DNA from: a virus
Lineage: Duplodnaviria; Caudoviricetes
IMG/VR virus record: IMGVR_UViG_3300044295_000323
Coordinates: 897 to 64,896 of that record
Strand: one strand, 5' to 3'
DNA: 64,000 nt
The number at the start of each line of letters is the position of its first letter. Position 1 is the stretch's first letter. Below the pieces are notes generated by a model. That model saw only the letters and a list, made by a program, of their open reading frames with translations, was not told the DNA's origin and did no database searches. A program made the translations under genes and the position numbers. Below, one piece after another: positions 45,342 through 55,608 of this stretch.

Positions 45342-46001
45342 ATGGCACAAGACGATTATCTGAATCAGGCGATTCTCGGCGGTAGCAGCTTCTGGGATCC
45401 TAACCGTCGCAAGGATCCCTTTAGCACGGACCCGAACGACATCGTCAAGGATCCCAGCTACGGAACGCCGCAGATCCAAAAAGTAGAGGATCGTGAGTGG
45501 CAGTCTCACGTGGATCCCTTTACGGGGTTCACGCCGAAGCACGCCATGGAAGGCTTTGACTTCGCCCGCCTGCAGGATCCCAACAAGAGCGCGAAGGATG
45601 CGTTTGCATGGCTCGCCCAGCAGGCGCCCCCGCCCCCCACGGACAACAAGGACGCGTTGGGCGTGTGGTTCAACACCTATATCAAGCCCGGCATGCAGAA
45701 GCTCGGCCACAACGTCACCGATGTCCAGGGTGACAAGTTCCGCTTTAACAACTGGCAGGGCGACTTCTGGGTCGACTACGGCCGTGGTGCCGGTGCCCCT
45801 GGGGGCGCGTTGGCGTGGCAAGCCGACTATGCCAGTGGCGGTCCATCGAACCAGGCCTACAAGCAAACGCAACAGGCGATCTTGACGCCGCAGCAGACGC
45901 AGACGAAGACGGCCGGTGTCCCCCAGACGTACGGGCAGGGCACGGACTTGAGCAACTACTACGACTACCTGGGCCAACTCCTGAAGCCTGAGGAACGCTA
46001 A
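45342..46001 (+). CDS. putative internal virion protein
   Basis: context and codon usage. Confidence 0.5.
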   Translation: MAQDDYLNQAILGGSSFWDPNRRKDPFSTDPNDIVKDPSYGTPQIQKVEDREWQSHVDPFTGFTPKHAMEGFDFARLQDPNKSAKDAFAWLAQQAPPPPTDNKDALGVWFNTYIKPGMQKLGHNVTDVQGDKFRFNNWQGDFWVDYGRGAGAPGGALAWQADYASGGPSNQAYKQTQQAILTPQQTQTKTAGVPQTYGQGTDLSNYYDYLGQLLKPEER

Positions 46002-47110
46002 TGTACAATCCCGACGAAGACCGCAATCCAGGGGACTATGTCCCGCCTCCGGCCGGGCAGTCTGACGAGACGCCCAGTAATCACACCGCTGAGCGCCAGG
46101 TGAATCCACGCTGGAACGGTGGCTCCCCGCCCGCCTCGGCGCTCCCCACGGGCCCCGATGGGAAGACAACCCATGGCTGGGTGTGGACCGGCTCTGACGA
46201 ATACGATCCCAACGGCAACTGGACGCAGGTTCAGGGCAAGGGTATTGGATTTGGCAACTACAACGTCGGTGGTGGGCCGCCCAAGACCGGTGGGAACACC
46301 AATACCGGCGGCAACACCTCTCGCCCTGGTGGCGGGACGTCTGGTCTCGCGGGCGTGCCCCAGAGCTACGGCGGCCAGTCGATGTTCTCAGGCAGCGTCC
46401 CCACGCTCGATGATGCCATTCGTGAGAGTAAGAAGCTGGCGCCGGCTCCCACGATTAGCCCCTATGCACAGTTCCAGGCGCCTCAGGCGGTCGGCCTTGA
46501 TCAGCGGAACCAGATCATGCAGGCGGTGTTGAACAAGCCGCAGGTCATGGATCAGCGCACGCAGGATCAGCTGTTCGAGCAGCAGAAGGAGTTGCAGAAC
46601 TCCTTGGCTCAGCAATCCCGTGAGCGGGCGGCCCAGACAGGAGCCGGGCGCGGTCTCCAGTCCAACGGTGGCTATGCAGCCGCGACCAACGCCCAGATCG
46701 AGGGGGACTTCGGGCGCAACTTGCTCCAGTCGCAGCGCGACATTGCGGTGAAGGCGGCGGATCTGAATCGTCAATCAGAGCTGGCGGCTGTCCAGATGCA
46801 GGAAGCCTTGAGCCAGGGCGACTTCAATCGTGCGGCCCAAGCCTACCAGGTCCAGCTTCAGGCGCAGAACCTCTACGACGAGCTCCGGTTTAAGGCAGCG
46901 GAGTTTGACCGGGGCAACGTGGCGCTCGCGGCCCAGAATCTCATGGCCGGTCGTCAGCAGAACATGGCTGAAGGGGTCGCGTCGTTCCAGCAGTACCTGG
47001 CGCAGCGGCAGATGGAAGAGCAGATGCGCCAGTTCAACGAACAGATGGGCCTCAACTGGAGCAAGTTCGGGTGGGACCAGATCATCGGCGCCACGGGTCA
47101 GTTTAAGTAA
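46001..47110 (+). CDS. putative internal virion/ejection protein
   Basis: Gln/Ala-rich helical; GAGRGL; MRQFNEQ. Confidence 0.55.
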   Translation: MYNPDEDRNPGDYVPPPAGQSDETPSNHTAERQVNPRWNGGSPPASALPTGPDGKTTHGWVWTGSDEYDPNGNWTQVQGKGIGFGNYNVGGGPPKTGGNTNTGGNTSRPGGGTSGLAGVPQSYGGQSMFSGSVPTLDDAIRESKKLAPAPTISPYAQFQAPQAVGLDQRNQIMQAVLNKPQVMDQRTQDQLFEQQKELQNSLAQQSRERAAQTGAGRGLQSNGGYAAATNAQIEGDFGRNLLQSQRDIAVKAADLNRQSELAAVQMQEALSQGDFNRAAQAYQVQLQAQNLYDELRFKAAEFDRGNVALAAQNLMAGRQQNMAEGVASFQQYLAQRQMEEQMRQFNEQMGLNWSKFGWDQIIGATGQFK

Positions 47111-47122
47111 AGGTTCCCAACG

Positions 47123-48667
47123 ATGGATGAATTCTATAAGCAGTATCTGCAGCAGATGCAGAATCAGAACAAGTGGAGCTCGCCACAGAATCTGATCAAC
47201 CTGGCCACCCTGGGACTAAGCGGCATCAGCGGCCTCGCGTCCGGTAACGCAGCGTCCCGACAAGCTGACCAGAGCGCGGACCAACTCGCCTACCAGCGGG
47301 CCCAGGACGACTACATGCGGCGCCTTACGGCTCGCACAGGGCTAGAGTCGGCGATCCGTGGCCAGCTTGACGACAGGTCGGCGAGTGCGGTAAACTTCCT
47401 GAACGGCTCCCCTCTGGGCGCCGAACAGGACTTTGCCAACAAGTACGCTCGTCTGCGCGGGCTGAGCTCGGCCGTTGAGAACTTCCAGCCCTCAGCGCCG
47501 ACCGACCCCAACATCTTGCGGTCGTATAATCCCGGCCCCAACCTGTTGAGTGCCTTCACGAGCCAAGACTATCGCAACAGCATCAGCCCAGAAGCCACCG
47601 CTGCCTCAATCGCGGAACGACGCAAGGCGCTGAACGCCGTCAATCCCGATTACCAGTTTGGTTCGATGAGCGCCTATGGGCTCCCGAATAGCCAGGACGC
47701 CGCCGTCGAGCAGTCACGTCAGGGCTTCGCCTCGGATCGCCTGTCGCGTGAAAACCAGCTCTATCAGCTGCTGGTGAACCAGATGCAGGAGGCGAGTAAG
47801 CCGCTGTATCAGGGCTCCCAGGCCGACCCAAGTCAGGCGCAAGCGGCCGCGCAGCCCGAGAAGAAGAAGGGCTTCTGGTCCAAATTGGGCTCAGCGTTGC
47901 TGCCCATCGCGGGTGTCGCTTCGAACTTTCTCCCCGGTGTTGGTCCTATCCTGGGCACGGTGCTGAGTGGCGTGGGGGGTGCAGCGGGCGGCGCCCTGAG
48001 CGGTGGCCTCAAGGGTGCCATCCTCGGGGGCGCCTCTGGTGCAGCCGCCGGATACGGCCTCAACAAGGCCGGCCTTGGTATGGATGGCCATCAGCTCAAC
48101 AATGCCATGAGTGCGAAGAGCCTCCCGGTGGGGAACTTCGTCTCCCCTAGAGTAGACGGCACGCTTCCAAACTTGATGTCGTCTCCGATCTCTCAGCTCG
48201 TTGGCGGTGTTACGGCCTCAGCCCCTGGAGTGAAAAGTGGGGGTGGGGGCTACAACGGCCCCTCGATGGTGCCGCCGTGGCAGACGCCTCCGCCAGCCTC
48301 GCAGCATCCGTTCCCGGCGCCCGTGCCGAGTCACACGCCTGGTGCGTATCAGCCTCCGCAGATGGCGCCTCAAGCTTCCCATGGGCCGTCTCCGGTCCAA
48401 GCGGCGGTGTTGCAGGGTGGTCAGCCCCAGGCAGCTCCTGCGCCTCAGGACGGCCTCTCGCCCCTGATGCAGGATCCCAAGACGGGTAGCGTCCTGCGTG
48501 TGGCTCCGAAGGACATCCAGCGCTATATGTCGATGGGGTGGCGTCAGCTGCCTCAGTCGCCGTCTCTGATGCAGAGCATCATGAATACGCCGGGGTTCCG
48601 TAACTTCAGCTCCACCCTGGGCAACGACACCCGGGGCGCGATGCGCGATCTTGGCATTCGACAGTAA
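47123..48667 (+). CDS. putative DNA ejection protein
   Basis: glycine-zipper hydrophobic segments (KKKGFWSKLG...GGAAGGALSGGLKGAILGG). Confidence 0.55.
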   Translation: MDEFYKQYLQQMQNQNKWSSPQNLINLATLGLSGISGLASGNAASRQADQSADQLAYQRAQDDYMRRLTARTGLESAIRGQLDDRSASAVNFLNGSPLGAEQDFANKYARLRGLSSAVENFQPSAPTDPNILRSYNPGPNLLSAFTSQDYRNSISPEATAASIAERRKALNAVNPDYQFGSMSAYGLPNSQDAAVEQSRQGFASDRLSRENQLYQLLVNQMQEASKPLYQGSQADPSQAQAAAQPEKKKGFWSKLGSALLPIAGVASNFLPGVGPILGTVLSGVGGAAGGALSGGLKGAILGGASGAAAGYGLNKAGLGMDGHQLNNAMSAKSLPVGNFVSPRVDGTLPNLMSSPISQLVGGVTASAPGVKSGGGGYNGPSMVPPWQTPPPASQHPFPAPVPSHTPGAYQPPQMAPQASHGPSPVQAAVLQGGQPQAAPAPQDGLSPLMQDPKTGSVLRVAPKDIQRYMSMGWRQLPQSPSLMQSIMNTPGFRNFSSTLGNDTRGAMRDLGIRQ

Positions 48668-48676
48668 GAGGTACCG

Positions 48677-49552
48677 ATGAGCTTTCTTGACATTCTTGGC
48701 GGACTCGCCGGCGGTCTGAACTCGGGCTTGGGCCAGGTCCAGGCTCGACAGGACGAGCAGCGCAAGCTGGCCAATATCGACAAAGAAGCCCTGCTGCGTC
48801 AGTACCAGGAGAAGCGTCTCCAGGACGCCCAGGACCTAGCTGAAGCGCAGGCCCAGTACGGCGCGATGGAAGACGGGGTCGAGCACGATCCTACCGATCC
48901 CGTATTGGGGCATCTGGTCAAACGTCTGGGCGCCGCCGCGTTCATCAAGGGTCCCAACGGTGGGCTGATGAAGAAGCAGCGGGCCGCTGATGCGTTGGCC
49001 GAGATCAACCTTGCTGAAGCGCAGAAGAACCAGCCCATCAACGCCCTGAAGCGCGAAATGGAAGCAGGCGACCTGGGCCGGCGTCAGGCTCTCATTAAGA
49101 GCTTGGAGTCGCAGTTCGGGCCCGATTGGCAGTCCCAGCTGGCCAACCCCAAGATCCCCCTGGACAAGCGCCAGGCCTGGGGTCAGCAGCTGTTTGGCAA
49201 GAATGATGCCCTCTACAGCCCACAGGAACGTCTCCAATATAGTGATGTGGTGGCGGCCGCGCATGAGAATGCGATGGCAATGGCCCCGTATCGTGCCGCT
49301 GGCGCCCAGGCGTCTTTGGCTCAGGCTGGTGACGTCTCGATCAACAACAAGCAGAAGTACGAAGATCAGTTTGACAAACTGACCGAGAAGAACATGAAGA
49401 TGATGATGCTGAAGATGAACAACTTGCCGGAATATCTGCGGTTGCGTTCAGCATTTGTGCAAGAACAGATGGGGCCAACTGGCCCTGCCCCTGCAGCGCC
49501 CCAGTCTGGCGGTCGCATCGTCTACGACGTCAACGGTAATCCGATTCGCTAA
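48677..49552 (+). CDS. putative DNA ejection protein
   Basis: MSFLDILGGLAGGLNSG N-terminus; helical. Confidence 0.55.
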   Translation: MSFLDILGGLAGGLNSGLGQVQARQDEQRKLANIDKEALLRQYQEKRLQDAQDLAEAQAQYGAMEDGVEHDPTDPVLGHLVKRLGAAAFIKGPNGGLMKKQRAADALAEINLAEAQKNQPINALKREMEAGDLGRRQALIKSLESQFGPDWQSQLANPKIPLDKRQAWGQQLFGKNDALYSPQERLQYSDVVAAAHENAMAMAPYRAAGAQASLAQAGDVSINNKQKYEDQFDKLTEKNMKMMMLKMNNLPEYLRLRSAFVQEQMGPTGPAPAAPQSGGRIVYDVNGNPIR

Positions 49553-52215
49553 TGCCAGTCATCATTCGAGATAACCAAGGCCGGGAACATGAATTCCCGG
49601 ACGGGTTTGATCCACAGCGTGCGGCCGCTATTGTGAGGGCCTCCACCGGAGGGCAGACCCCCGGTCCCGCTCCTACGCCGGCGCTCCCAACGACGACACC
49701 GGACGCAGGCCCTGCGGAGGCTGAAGGTCTGCCTAAGGATCATACCATGTTGGAGACCGCCTTGGGCGTCCTCAACACGGTCCCGCGTTTGATCGAGGGT
49801 GGCGCCACCAATGCCATGCAGGTGGCCAAGGGCAAGAAGTCGTTTGGTCAGGGCCTCTTGGATACCGCCAAGGAACTGAACCCCTACAGTACGACGACGG
49901 GCGAGACGCCGCTCGCTGAGCTCGGCATGGAGCCTGGCCTAGCGCGGACGGCCCTCGGCTTCGGGTTGGACATTGCGGCGCCTGTGGGCCCTGTTGGTGC
50001 CGCTGCGGGTCTGGGCGCCAAGCTGCTCGGGAAGGGCGTCGGCAAAGCGGCGATGAAGGTGGCGCCTGAAGTCTCCGGCAAGGTGGTCAAGGGCTTCAAC
50101 GACGCGTTCGTGCTCTATCCAGGGCTGGATACGTTCGTGGGCAAGTCGGGCCTGACCGCGCAGGATCGCCTGCGCTTGAACGAGTCTCAGATCCACGCGG
50201 CCCACGCGGCCGTCAAGAACGAGCTCGCCAAGATCTTCGCTGGCATCCAGGATGCGGACCGGGCCAAGATCGCCGACTACATGAACGATCCGGTGACGTT
50301 TGCGCTCTCCGACCAGACGCACCTTGATGCGGCGTCGAAGGCCAAGACGTTGCTGGATAACCAGTTCGCTCGCGAAATCGAGAAGGGCGTCCAGCACCGT
50401 TGGAAACTCGGTGATAGTGGCGAAGTGTTGTTGGACGATCAGCTCAAACCGATCTCAAACAAGATCGACAACTACTACCCGTGGGTCATGCCGGCCCGCG
50501 ACGGGCGCAATGTGCTCGAAGTCAACGCGCTCCCGACAGCTAACCGCTTCAACAAGGCGCGTACGCTCGAAGACTGGGCCGCCGCCAAGGACGCGGGCGC
50601 CGAAGTTGATCCCATTCAGGCCATCAGCAAGCGTATTAACGTGGGTGAGCGTGCCGCGACGAACGCCGGATTGTTTGAAGACATGGCGAAGGAGTTCGGT
50701 GTCGAGCTCAAGAAGGGGGCCCGTCTGCCCCAGGGCTATCGACGCCTGAATCCGGATCGACTCCAGTTGGTCGACTTGGACAAACTGGATGCGCTCCAGG
50801 GCGTTGTGTTGCCGAATGAGATTGCGGACGCACTGGAAAAGAATCACGTCATCTTCAAGGATCCCCAGGGATTTGGGGCCTTGTTGAAGAACATCAACCA
50901 GGGCTTTAAGACGGTCGTTACCTCGTGGAACCCAGCCCACCATGCCAATAACTTGCATGGCAACATGGCGCTGATGGCCATGGGTGGTATGACGCCGCAG
51001 GGCATTGCTCGCGCCTATAGCCCGGGCGAGCTGCGAAACTTGACGACGCTGTTGGGCGATCCGCTGAAGCCGACGCCCCAGAACGTCCTCGATACGTTGC
51101 GGAACCAGAAGCTAGTCCCCAATATGACCGTTGGGGATGCGCTCGATGCCGCCAAGAAATATAACCTGTTTGGCTCCAGCGAGGCGAGCATCGACCTGGA
51201 GCGTGCGTTGGGCCATGACAAGGGAGTCATTGGGCGAATCACCGATAAGGCTCGCTACAACTCCAGTCGCTACATCGAAGATCCAGCCAAGTGGGCGCTC
51301 TTCAAGGACCAGCTCCTGAAAGGTAAGTCCGCCGAACAAGCCGCGATTCACGTCAAGAATCACCTGTTTGACTACGCAGAACTGACGGACACGGAGAAAG
51401 CCATCCGCGATTACGGCCTCATGCCCTTCTACACCTGGATGCGGAAGAACCTTCCGCTCCAGGCTCAGAAGGCAACTGAGGGTAGCCTGGGTCTGGAAAG
51501 CCTCAACCCGATGGCGAAGCAGACGTTCCGCCGTCTCAACCTCACGTACGATTTGCCGAACAAGTTGAATCCGGCCCAGGAAGGGATCCAGGACCCCCAG
51601 TGGATGCGCGAGGACGGCTATGTGCCAAACCCCCTGGCGCCCGAAGGGGAAGACGGCTCCCGGCAGATGGTTCGGCTGGCAAACCCCAGCCTGGATCTGA
51701 ACAAGCTGAGCCCGAACGCGCTGGCCAGCCAGTTGGGTCCTATTCCTAAGACGTTGATTGAACTGGCGACGGGCCGAGATCTCCGGACGGGGAAGCAAGT
51801 CCTGGGAACGCCCGATGGCTACGTGGCCGCGAATCCTCTTAGTGCTGTGTTGGAACAGGCGCGCATGAAGGGGGCTCCACTGGGGCCGCTCGCAGCCGGC
51901 GCCCAGTCCACCATCGACGGCAAGGTGATCCAGCCCGAGGCGATCGCGTTCGCCCTCAATCATATTCCCCAGCCGTGGGTCCCCTACCTGCAGCGGGTGG
52001 CGGGCGATCCTGGCGAAACGATCGGGACCAAGATGAATACGCCCATCGGCAAGAAGGTCATGAGCTTCGTCCTTCAGGGGCTCGGGCTGACGATGCGCGA
52101 CATTACGCCGGAACAGCAACTCCAGATTTTCCAGAAACTTATGGACAATCTGACCGATAAGCCCATCAAGAACGAGATGATTAAGGCGACGGGGGCAGCT
52201 CTGCGTAACCAATAA
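49552..52215 (+). CDS. large internal virion protein
   Basis: 887 aa; HEFPDG N-terminus; FDYAELTDTEK...MPFYTWMRKN as in large polyvalent-type virion proteins. Confidence 0.65.
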   Translation: MPVIIRDNQGREHEFPDGFDPQRAAAIVRASTGGQTPGPAPTPALPTTTPDAGPAEAEGLPKDHTMLETALGVLNTVPRLIEGGATNAMQVAKGKKSFGQGLLDTAKELNPYSTTTGETPLAELGMEPGLARTALGFGLDIAAPVGPVGAAAGLGAKLLGKGVGKAAMKVAPEVSGKVVKGFNDAFVLYPGLDTFVGKSGLTAQDRLRLNESQIHAAHAAVKNELAKIFAGIQDADRAKIADYMNDPVTFALSDQTHLDAASKAKTLLDNQFAREIEKGVQHRWKLGDSGEVLLDDQLKPISNKIDNYYPWVMPARDGRNVLEVNALPTANRFNKARTLEDWAAAKDAGAEVDPIQAISKRINVGERAATNAGLFEDMAKEFGVELKKGARLPQGYRRLNPDRLQLVDLDKLDALQGVVLPNEIADALEKNHVIFKDPQGFGALLKNINQGFKTVVTSWNPAHHANNLHGNMALMAMGGMTPQGIARAYSPGELRNLTTLLGDPLKPTPQNVLDTLRNQKLVPNMTVGDALDAAKKYNLFGSSEASIDLERALGHDKGVIGRITDKARYNSSRYIEDPAKWALFKDQLLKGKSAEQAAIHVKNHLFDYAELTDTEKAIRDYGLMPFYTWMRKNLPLQAQKATEGSLGLESLNPMAKQTFRRLNLTYDLPNKLNPAQEGIQDPQWMREDGYVPNPLAPEGEDGSRQMVRLANPSLDLNKLSPNALASQLGPIPKTLIELATGRDLRTGKQVLGTPDGYVAANPLSAVLEQARMKGAPLGPLAAGAQSTIDGKVIQPEAIAFALNHIPQPWVPYLQRVAGDPGETIGTKMNTPIGKKVMSFVLQGLGLTMRDITPEQQLQIFQKLMDNLTDKPIKNEMIKATGAALRNQ

Positions 52216-52271
52216 GGGTGTGTAGCATCTTACTTAATGTGGGTAGATCTTTACCCATTTTGGGAGACGGG

Positions 52272-52706
52272 ATGCCTCAGACACACGAAGAGCGGCTCAC
52301 ATATCAACGACGGAAGCGTCGGGAAGTGGGCGACCGATACACGAAGAAGTACGAAAAGACCCCTAAAGGCTTCGTCATGCGCGCCTACAGAAACATGCAA
52401 TCGCGTGTCACTGGGGTGCAGACCAAGAAAGCTCATCTGTATAAAGGTCTTACTCTCCTTGATCGCCAGGAGTTTTATAGCTGGGCTTTGGATGACTCAG
52501 AATTTCGTCGGCTCTACAAACGGTGGGTTGAGACAGGCTATGAGCATCGTCTGACCCCCTCGATCAATCGGATCGATTCCAACAAAGGTTACACGCTTGA
52601 CAACTTAGAGTGGGTTACGCACTCCGTCAATTCGTCACTGGGGGGTGCGAGCAGTAAGCGCCGCCACGTTCGTTCACTTCTTGAGGTCTATGAACATGTC
52701 GGCTAA
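52272..52706 (+). CDS. His-Me finger / HNH-like endonuclease
   Basis: PSINRIDSNKGYTLDNLEWVTHSVNS. Confidence 0.7.
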   Translation: MPQTHEERLTYQRRKRREVGDRYTKKYEKTPKGFVMRAYRNMQSRVTGVQTKKAHLYKGLTLLDRQEFYSWALDDSEFRRLYKRWVETGYEHRLTPSINRIDSNKGYTLDNLEWVTHSVNSSLGGASSKRRHVRSLLEVYEHVG

Positions 52707-53445
52707 CAAGCTTGAATCTATTCTGATTGTCCCGGATTGCCACATTCCATACCACGATGCGGCTGCGTTTGAGCTGATGCTTAAGGTAGGGAAGGATCTC
52801 AAACCGAAGCATCTCTATACGATTGGGGACTTTGTTGACTTCTACACGGTGAGTAGTCATTCGAAAGACCCCAACCGTACGATCCATCTGGCGGACGAAC
52901 TCAAGGCCGCCGAAAAGGAATTGGACCGCTTGGATCGCCTGGGGGCCCAGAACAAGGTCTATATCGGCGGCAACCACTGTGATCGCCTGACGCGCTACTT
53001 GCAAGATAAGGCGCCAGAACTCTTCAATGTGGTCAAGATCCCCGATCTTTTGCATCTGAATGATAGGGGCTGGAAGTATGTACCGTATAAGGCCCACACC
53101 AAGCTGGGTAAAGTCCACTTGACCCACGACGTGGGCACGGCTGGACGCAATGCGATCTTCAAGTGTCTGGACACCTACCAACACTCCGTCATCACTGGAC
53201 ACACCCATCGATTGGCATATGTGGTTGAAGGGAACGCCGTTGGCGAGTTCAAGCTGAGCGCCCAGTTTGGCTGGCTCGGGGACGCGGCCAAAGTGGACTA
53301 CATGCAGGAAGCCAAAGTCCTGAAAGATTGGGCGTTAGGTTTTGGCGTGGGCTACTACGAGCCGCTCACTGAATACGTCTATATGACCCCGGTACCCATT
53401 GTCAACCACACGTGCGTGGTCAATGGGAAGTTGTACAAAGTCTAA
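52696..53445 (+). CDS. calcineurin-like metallophosphoesterase
   Basis: DCH, GDFVD, GNH, H, GHTH motifs. Confidence 0.85.
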   Translation: MSANKLESILIVPDCHIPYHDAAAFELMLKVGKDLKPKHLYTIGDFVDFYTVSSHSKDPNRTIHLADELKAAEKELDRLDRLGAQNKVYIGGNHCDRLTRYLQDKAPELFNVVKIPDLLHLNDRGWKYVPYKAHTKLGKVHLTHDVGTAGRNAIFKCLDTYQHSVITGHTHRLAYVVEGNAVGEFKLSAQFGWLGDAAKVDYMQEAKVLKDWALGFGVGYYEPLTEYVYMTPVPIVNHTCVVNGKLYKV

Positions 53446-53501
53446 CCATCATTGTCAACAACTCGTTCGCAGCCCTAGGAAAGGTCTATCGAGGCTAATC
53501 C

Positions 53502-54341
53502 ATGCCCGTAACTAAACTTCCACCCAACTCCCTGCTAGAGGAGATCAAGCGCTACCTGGAACAGATGGCCCAGCCCGGCCTGAACGACTCTGTGCCCGTG
53601 GCCCAAGGCAAAGGCTTCGTCAGCGGTGCCCTCCAGTCGATGATCCCCAGTGAAAAGGATCAAGTGCTCCCGATGCCCATGGCTACGGTCGAGGAGCCAA
53701 TGATGGTGGCCGGTAAGCGTATTCACTCTCTATTGAGAAACCATCCCATCGACCAACTCCAACGCATGATCGATCAGGGATACGACGTTGAAAACGTCTG
53801 GTTTCACGGCACTAATTTTAGAGCAAATAGCGGTCTTGCCACTGATAATGGTGATCCTCCTGGTTTGTGGGATTGGCCAGCTAAACTTTCAAATCCGCAC
53901 GATCCTAAAGGATTTTCTCATATTAAGCCGAGCGGAAGTGGGGTAAATGGGCCTGGAATTTACCTGACAAATCAGCCGGCAGAAGCTGATGAGTATGCCA
54001 AGTGGGGCGGCCACATCTATCCTGTTGTCACAAAAGGCACTACCAAAGTAGTGAACCGCATGGATGAAAATCAACCGGTGTTCGACGGAGGTATAAGAGG
54101 CATACCTCTTGGTAGATCTTCCGATCCAGGAACAGACAGTCTTCAGTATCATGGTGGGCCGGATTACTTAGTGACCCCGAGGTGGGAAGGTGATTCTTTG
54201 CATAAAATTGTGAGGGCACCTAAAGACGTCAGATCAATCTTTGCCAAGTTCGATCCCACAAAGTCTGACCACGCGGATCTCTTGGCGTCGTTTCTTGCAG
54301 CACTCGGCGTTGGAATGGGAGCACATGAGCGCAAAGACTAA
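53502..54341 (+). CDS. ADP-ribosyltransferase-like protein (ART-PolyVal type)
   Basis: WFHGT, GPGIYLT..PAEADEYA, GHIYPV, VRSIFAKFDP. Confidence 0.6.
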   Translation: MPVTKLPPNSLLEEIKRYLEQMAQPGLNDSVPVAQGKGFVSGALQSMIPSEKDQVLPMPMATVEEPMMVAGKRIHSLLRNHPIDQLQRMIDQGYDVENVWFHGTNFRANSGLATDNGDPPGLWDWPAKLSNPHDPKGFSHIKPSGSGVNGPGIYLTNQPAEADEYAKWGGHIYPVVTKGTTKVVNRMDENQPVFDGGIRGIPLGRSSDPGTDSLQYHGGPDYLVTPRWEGDSLHKIVRAPKDVRSIFAKFDPTKSDHADLLASFLAALGVGMGAHERKD

Positions 54342-54720
54342 AGACCCCCAGTTCGTGATCGTCAAAGCACAGCCTGACGTCCCAGTTAAGGGGCTAGAAG
54401 TGTGGGGCTGTGAATGGGAAGACGCGCACTGGGATAGTGGCGAATATGAAAAGGGGCAAACTAACCATCGTCCCGTCAACTACGTCAGCGTAGGTATTCT
54501 ACTCAAAGACGATGATGTAGGGTTTGCCGTTGCAACTGACATTTGTGAGACTGGTACCTTTCGTGGAATCAATTTTGTCCCGACGAAAATGGTCGTGCGA
54601 AAGTGGCGGATTGGGAAGCTGGCACCCTCAAATCGACAAAGTCGGTCGACGCCCACGTCTCCAGCCAGTCACTTGAAATCGACTGAGACCATTTCAGATA
54701 CGCAATCCGAGCCAAGTTAA
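54325..54720 (+). CDS. hypothetical phage protein
   Basis: WEDAH...SVGILL...FVPTKMV; SD GGGAG. Confidence 0.6.
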   Translation: MSAKTKDPQFVIVKAQPDVPVKGLEVWGCEWEDAHWDSGEYEKGQTNHRPVNYVSVGILLKDDDVGFAVATDICETGTFRGINFVPTKMVVRKWRIGKLAPSNRQSRSTPTSPASHLKSTETISDTQSEPS

Positions 54721-54778
54721 AGCCGTCTTCCTTGGCCATGCCGATAGCTGAGTTACAGTGTTGGCAAAGCAGCTCCCT
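54692..54778 (-). pseudogene. endonuclease VII-type remnant
   Basis: RELLCQHCNSAIGMAKED...LARIAYLK matches the EndoVII C-terminus; the N-terminal CxxC and DHxH are missing. Confidence 0.55.
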
Positions 54779-54852
54779 ACGATGCGTACGAGCTTTTGCT
54801 GCAGGCGTTGTGTTTCTCGTCATACTGATAGTTTACCATAGGAAGCCCCATC

Positions 54853-55215
54853 ATGCCCGACATCGACAACCGATTCCTCAAGCCCCCAGTCCTAGGCTAT
54901 AACGACCGGCCGCAGCTCACCCAGGTCAAGCCTGACACCCCGAGCCAGGATGATTTGCAGAAAATGATCATGCAGATCATGATGGACCGGACCCAAGTGG
55001 ATCCGAGTAAACTGAATCCCGACGGCCAGTCCCAGTGGGACGCCGTGCAGCAATTCCTGCAGATGATGCATGAGCACATGCAGGGAAACCCAGAGATCGC
55101 CGGCAAGGTTGGCGGCAAAGCCCTGACGATGCTCGATGTGTTGAAACGGCAGAGCCCGCGTCCGGCCCTGGTTGGTAGCATCCCGCCCAACGTTCCGTTC
55201 AAGCCACAGCAATAA
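54853..55215 (+). CDS. hypothetical protein
   Basis: SD AGGA; last gene before the convergent terminator. Confidence 0.6.
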   Translation: MPDIDNRFLKPPVLGYNDRPQLTQVKPDTPSQDDLQKMIMQIMMDRTQVDPSKLNPDGQSQWDAVQQFLQMMHEHMQGNPEIAGKVGGKALTMLDVLKRQSPRPALVGSIPPNVPFKPQQ

Positions 55216-55244
55216 GAAAGGGCCCTTGCGGGCCCTTTCGTTTT
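55216..55244. terminator. terminator between convergent operons
   Basis: GAAAGGGCCC-TTGC-GGGCCCTTTC-GTTTT. Confidence 0.85.
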
Positions 55245-55248
55245 GATG

Positions 55249-55608
55249 CTAGTTGTCTTTGACCCACCACTTCTCGCCGCCGGACCACATGAACCAGTTG
55301 GTGCCAGGGACGGCCGGCGTGAAGTACGTGTTAGCGAACCTAGGTTCGAGACGTTGGTCGTAGATGCCCTTTGTGGGCTTGACCCACGTGATGACGAATT
55401 CCTTGCCTACGGGTCCTACGTACTCAGCTTCACCAATATATTGCTTAGTCTCGAAGTCGATCAATTGAATATGACCGCGCGAGTTGTAGTAGTGCCCAAG
55501 GTTCTCCTTGAAACTACTCATCGTTGGTGACGGGGTTGGTTTAGCTGCACCCACGCCAGTCAGAATCAACTCGGCTACGAAGGCCTGTACTTCGGGGTTA
55601 GACTCCAT
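55249..55608 (-). CDS. hypothetical protein
   Basis: SD AGGAG before MESNPEVQ. Confidence 0.6.
   Translation of the reverse strand: MESNPEVQAFVAELILTGVGAAKPTPSPTMSSFKENLGHYYNSRGHIQLIDFETKQYIGEAEYVGPVGKEFVITWVKPTKGIYDQRLEPRFANTYFTPAVPGTNWFMWSGGEKWWVKDN

Noticed and set aside
44865-46169. Long antisense ORFs (also 16857..17948, 33144..34070, 51112..52212)
   Set aside because: Typical stop-poor shadows of high-GC genes with biased codons; no motifs or RBS.
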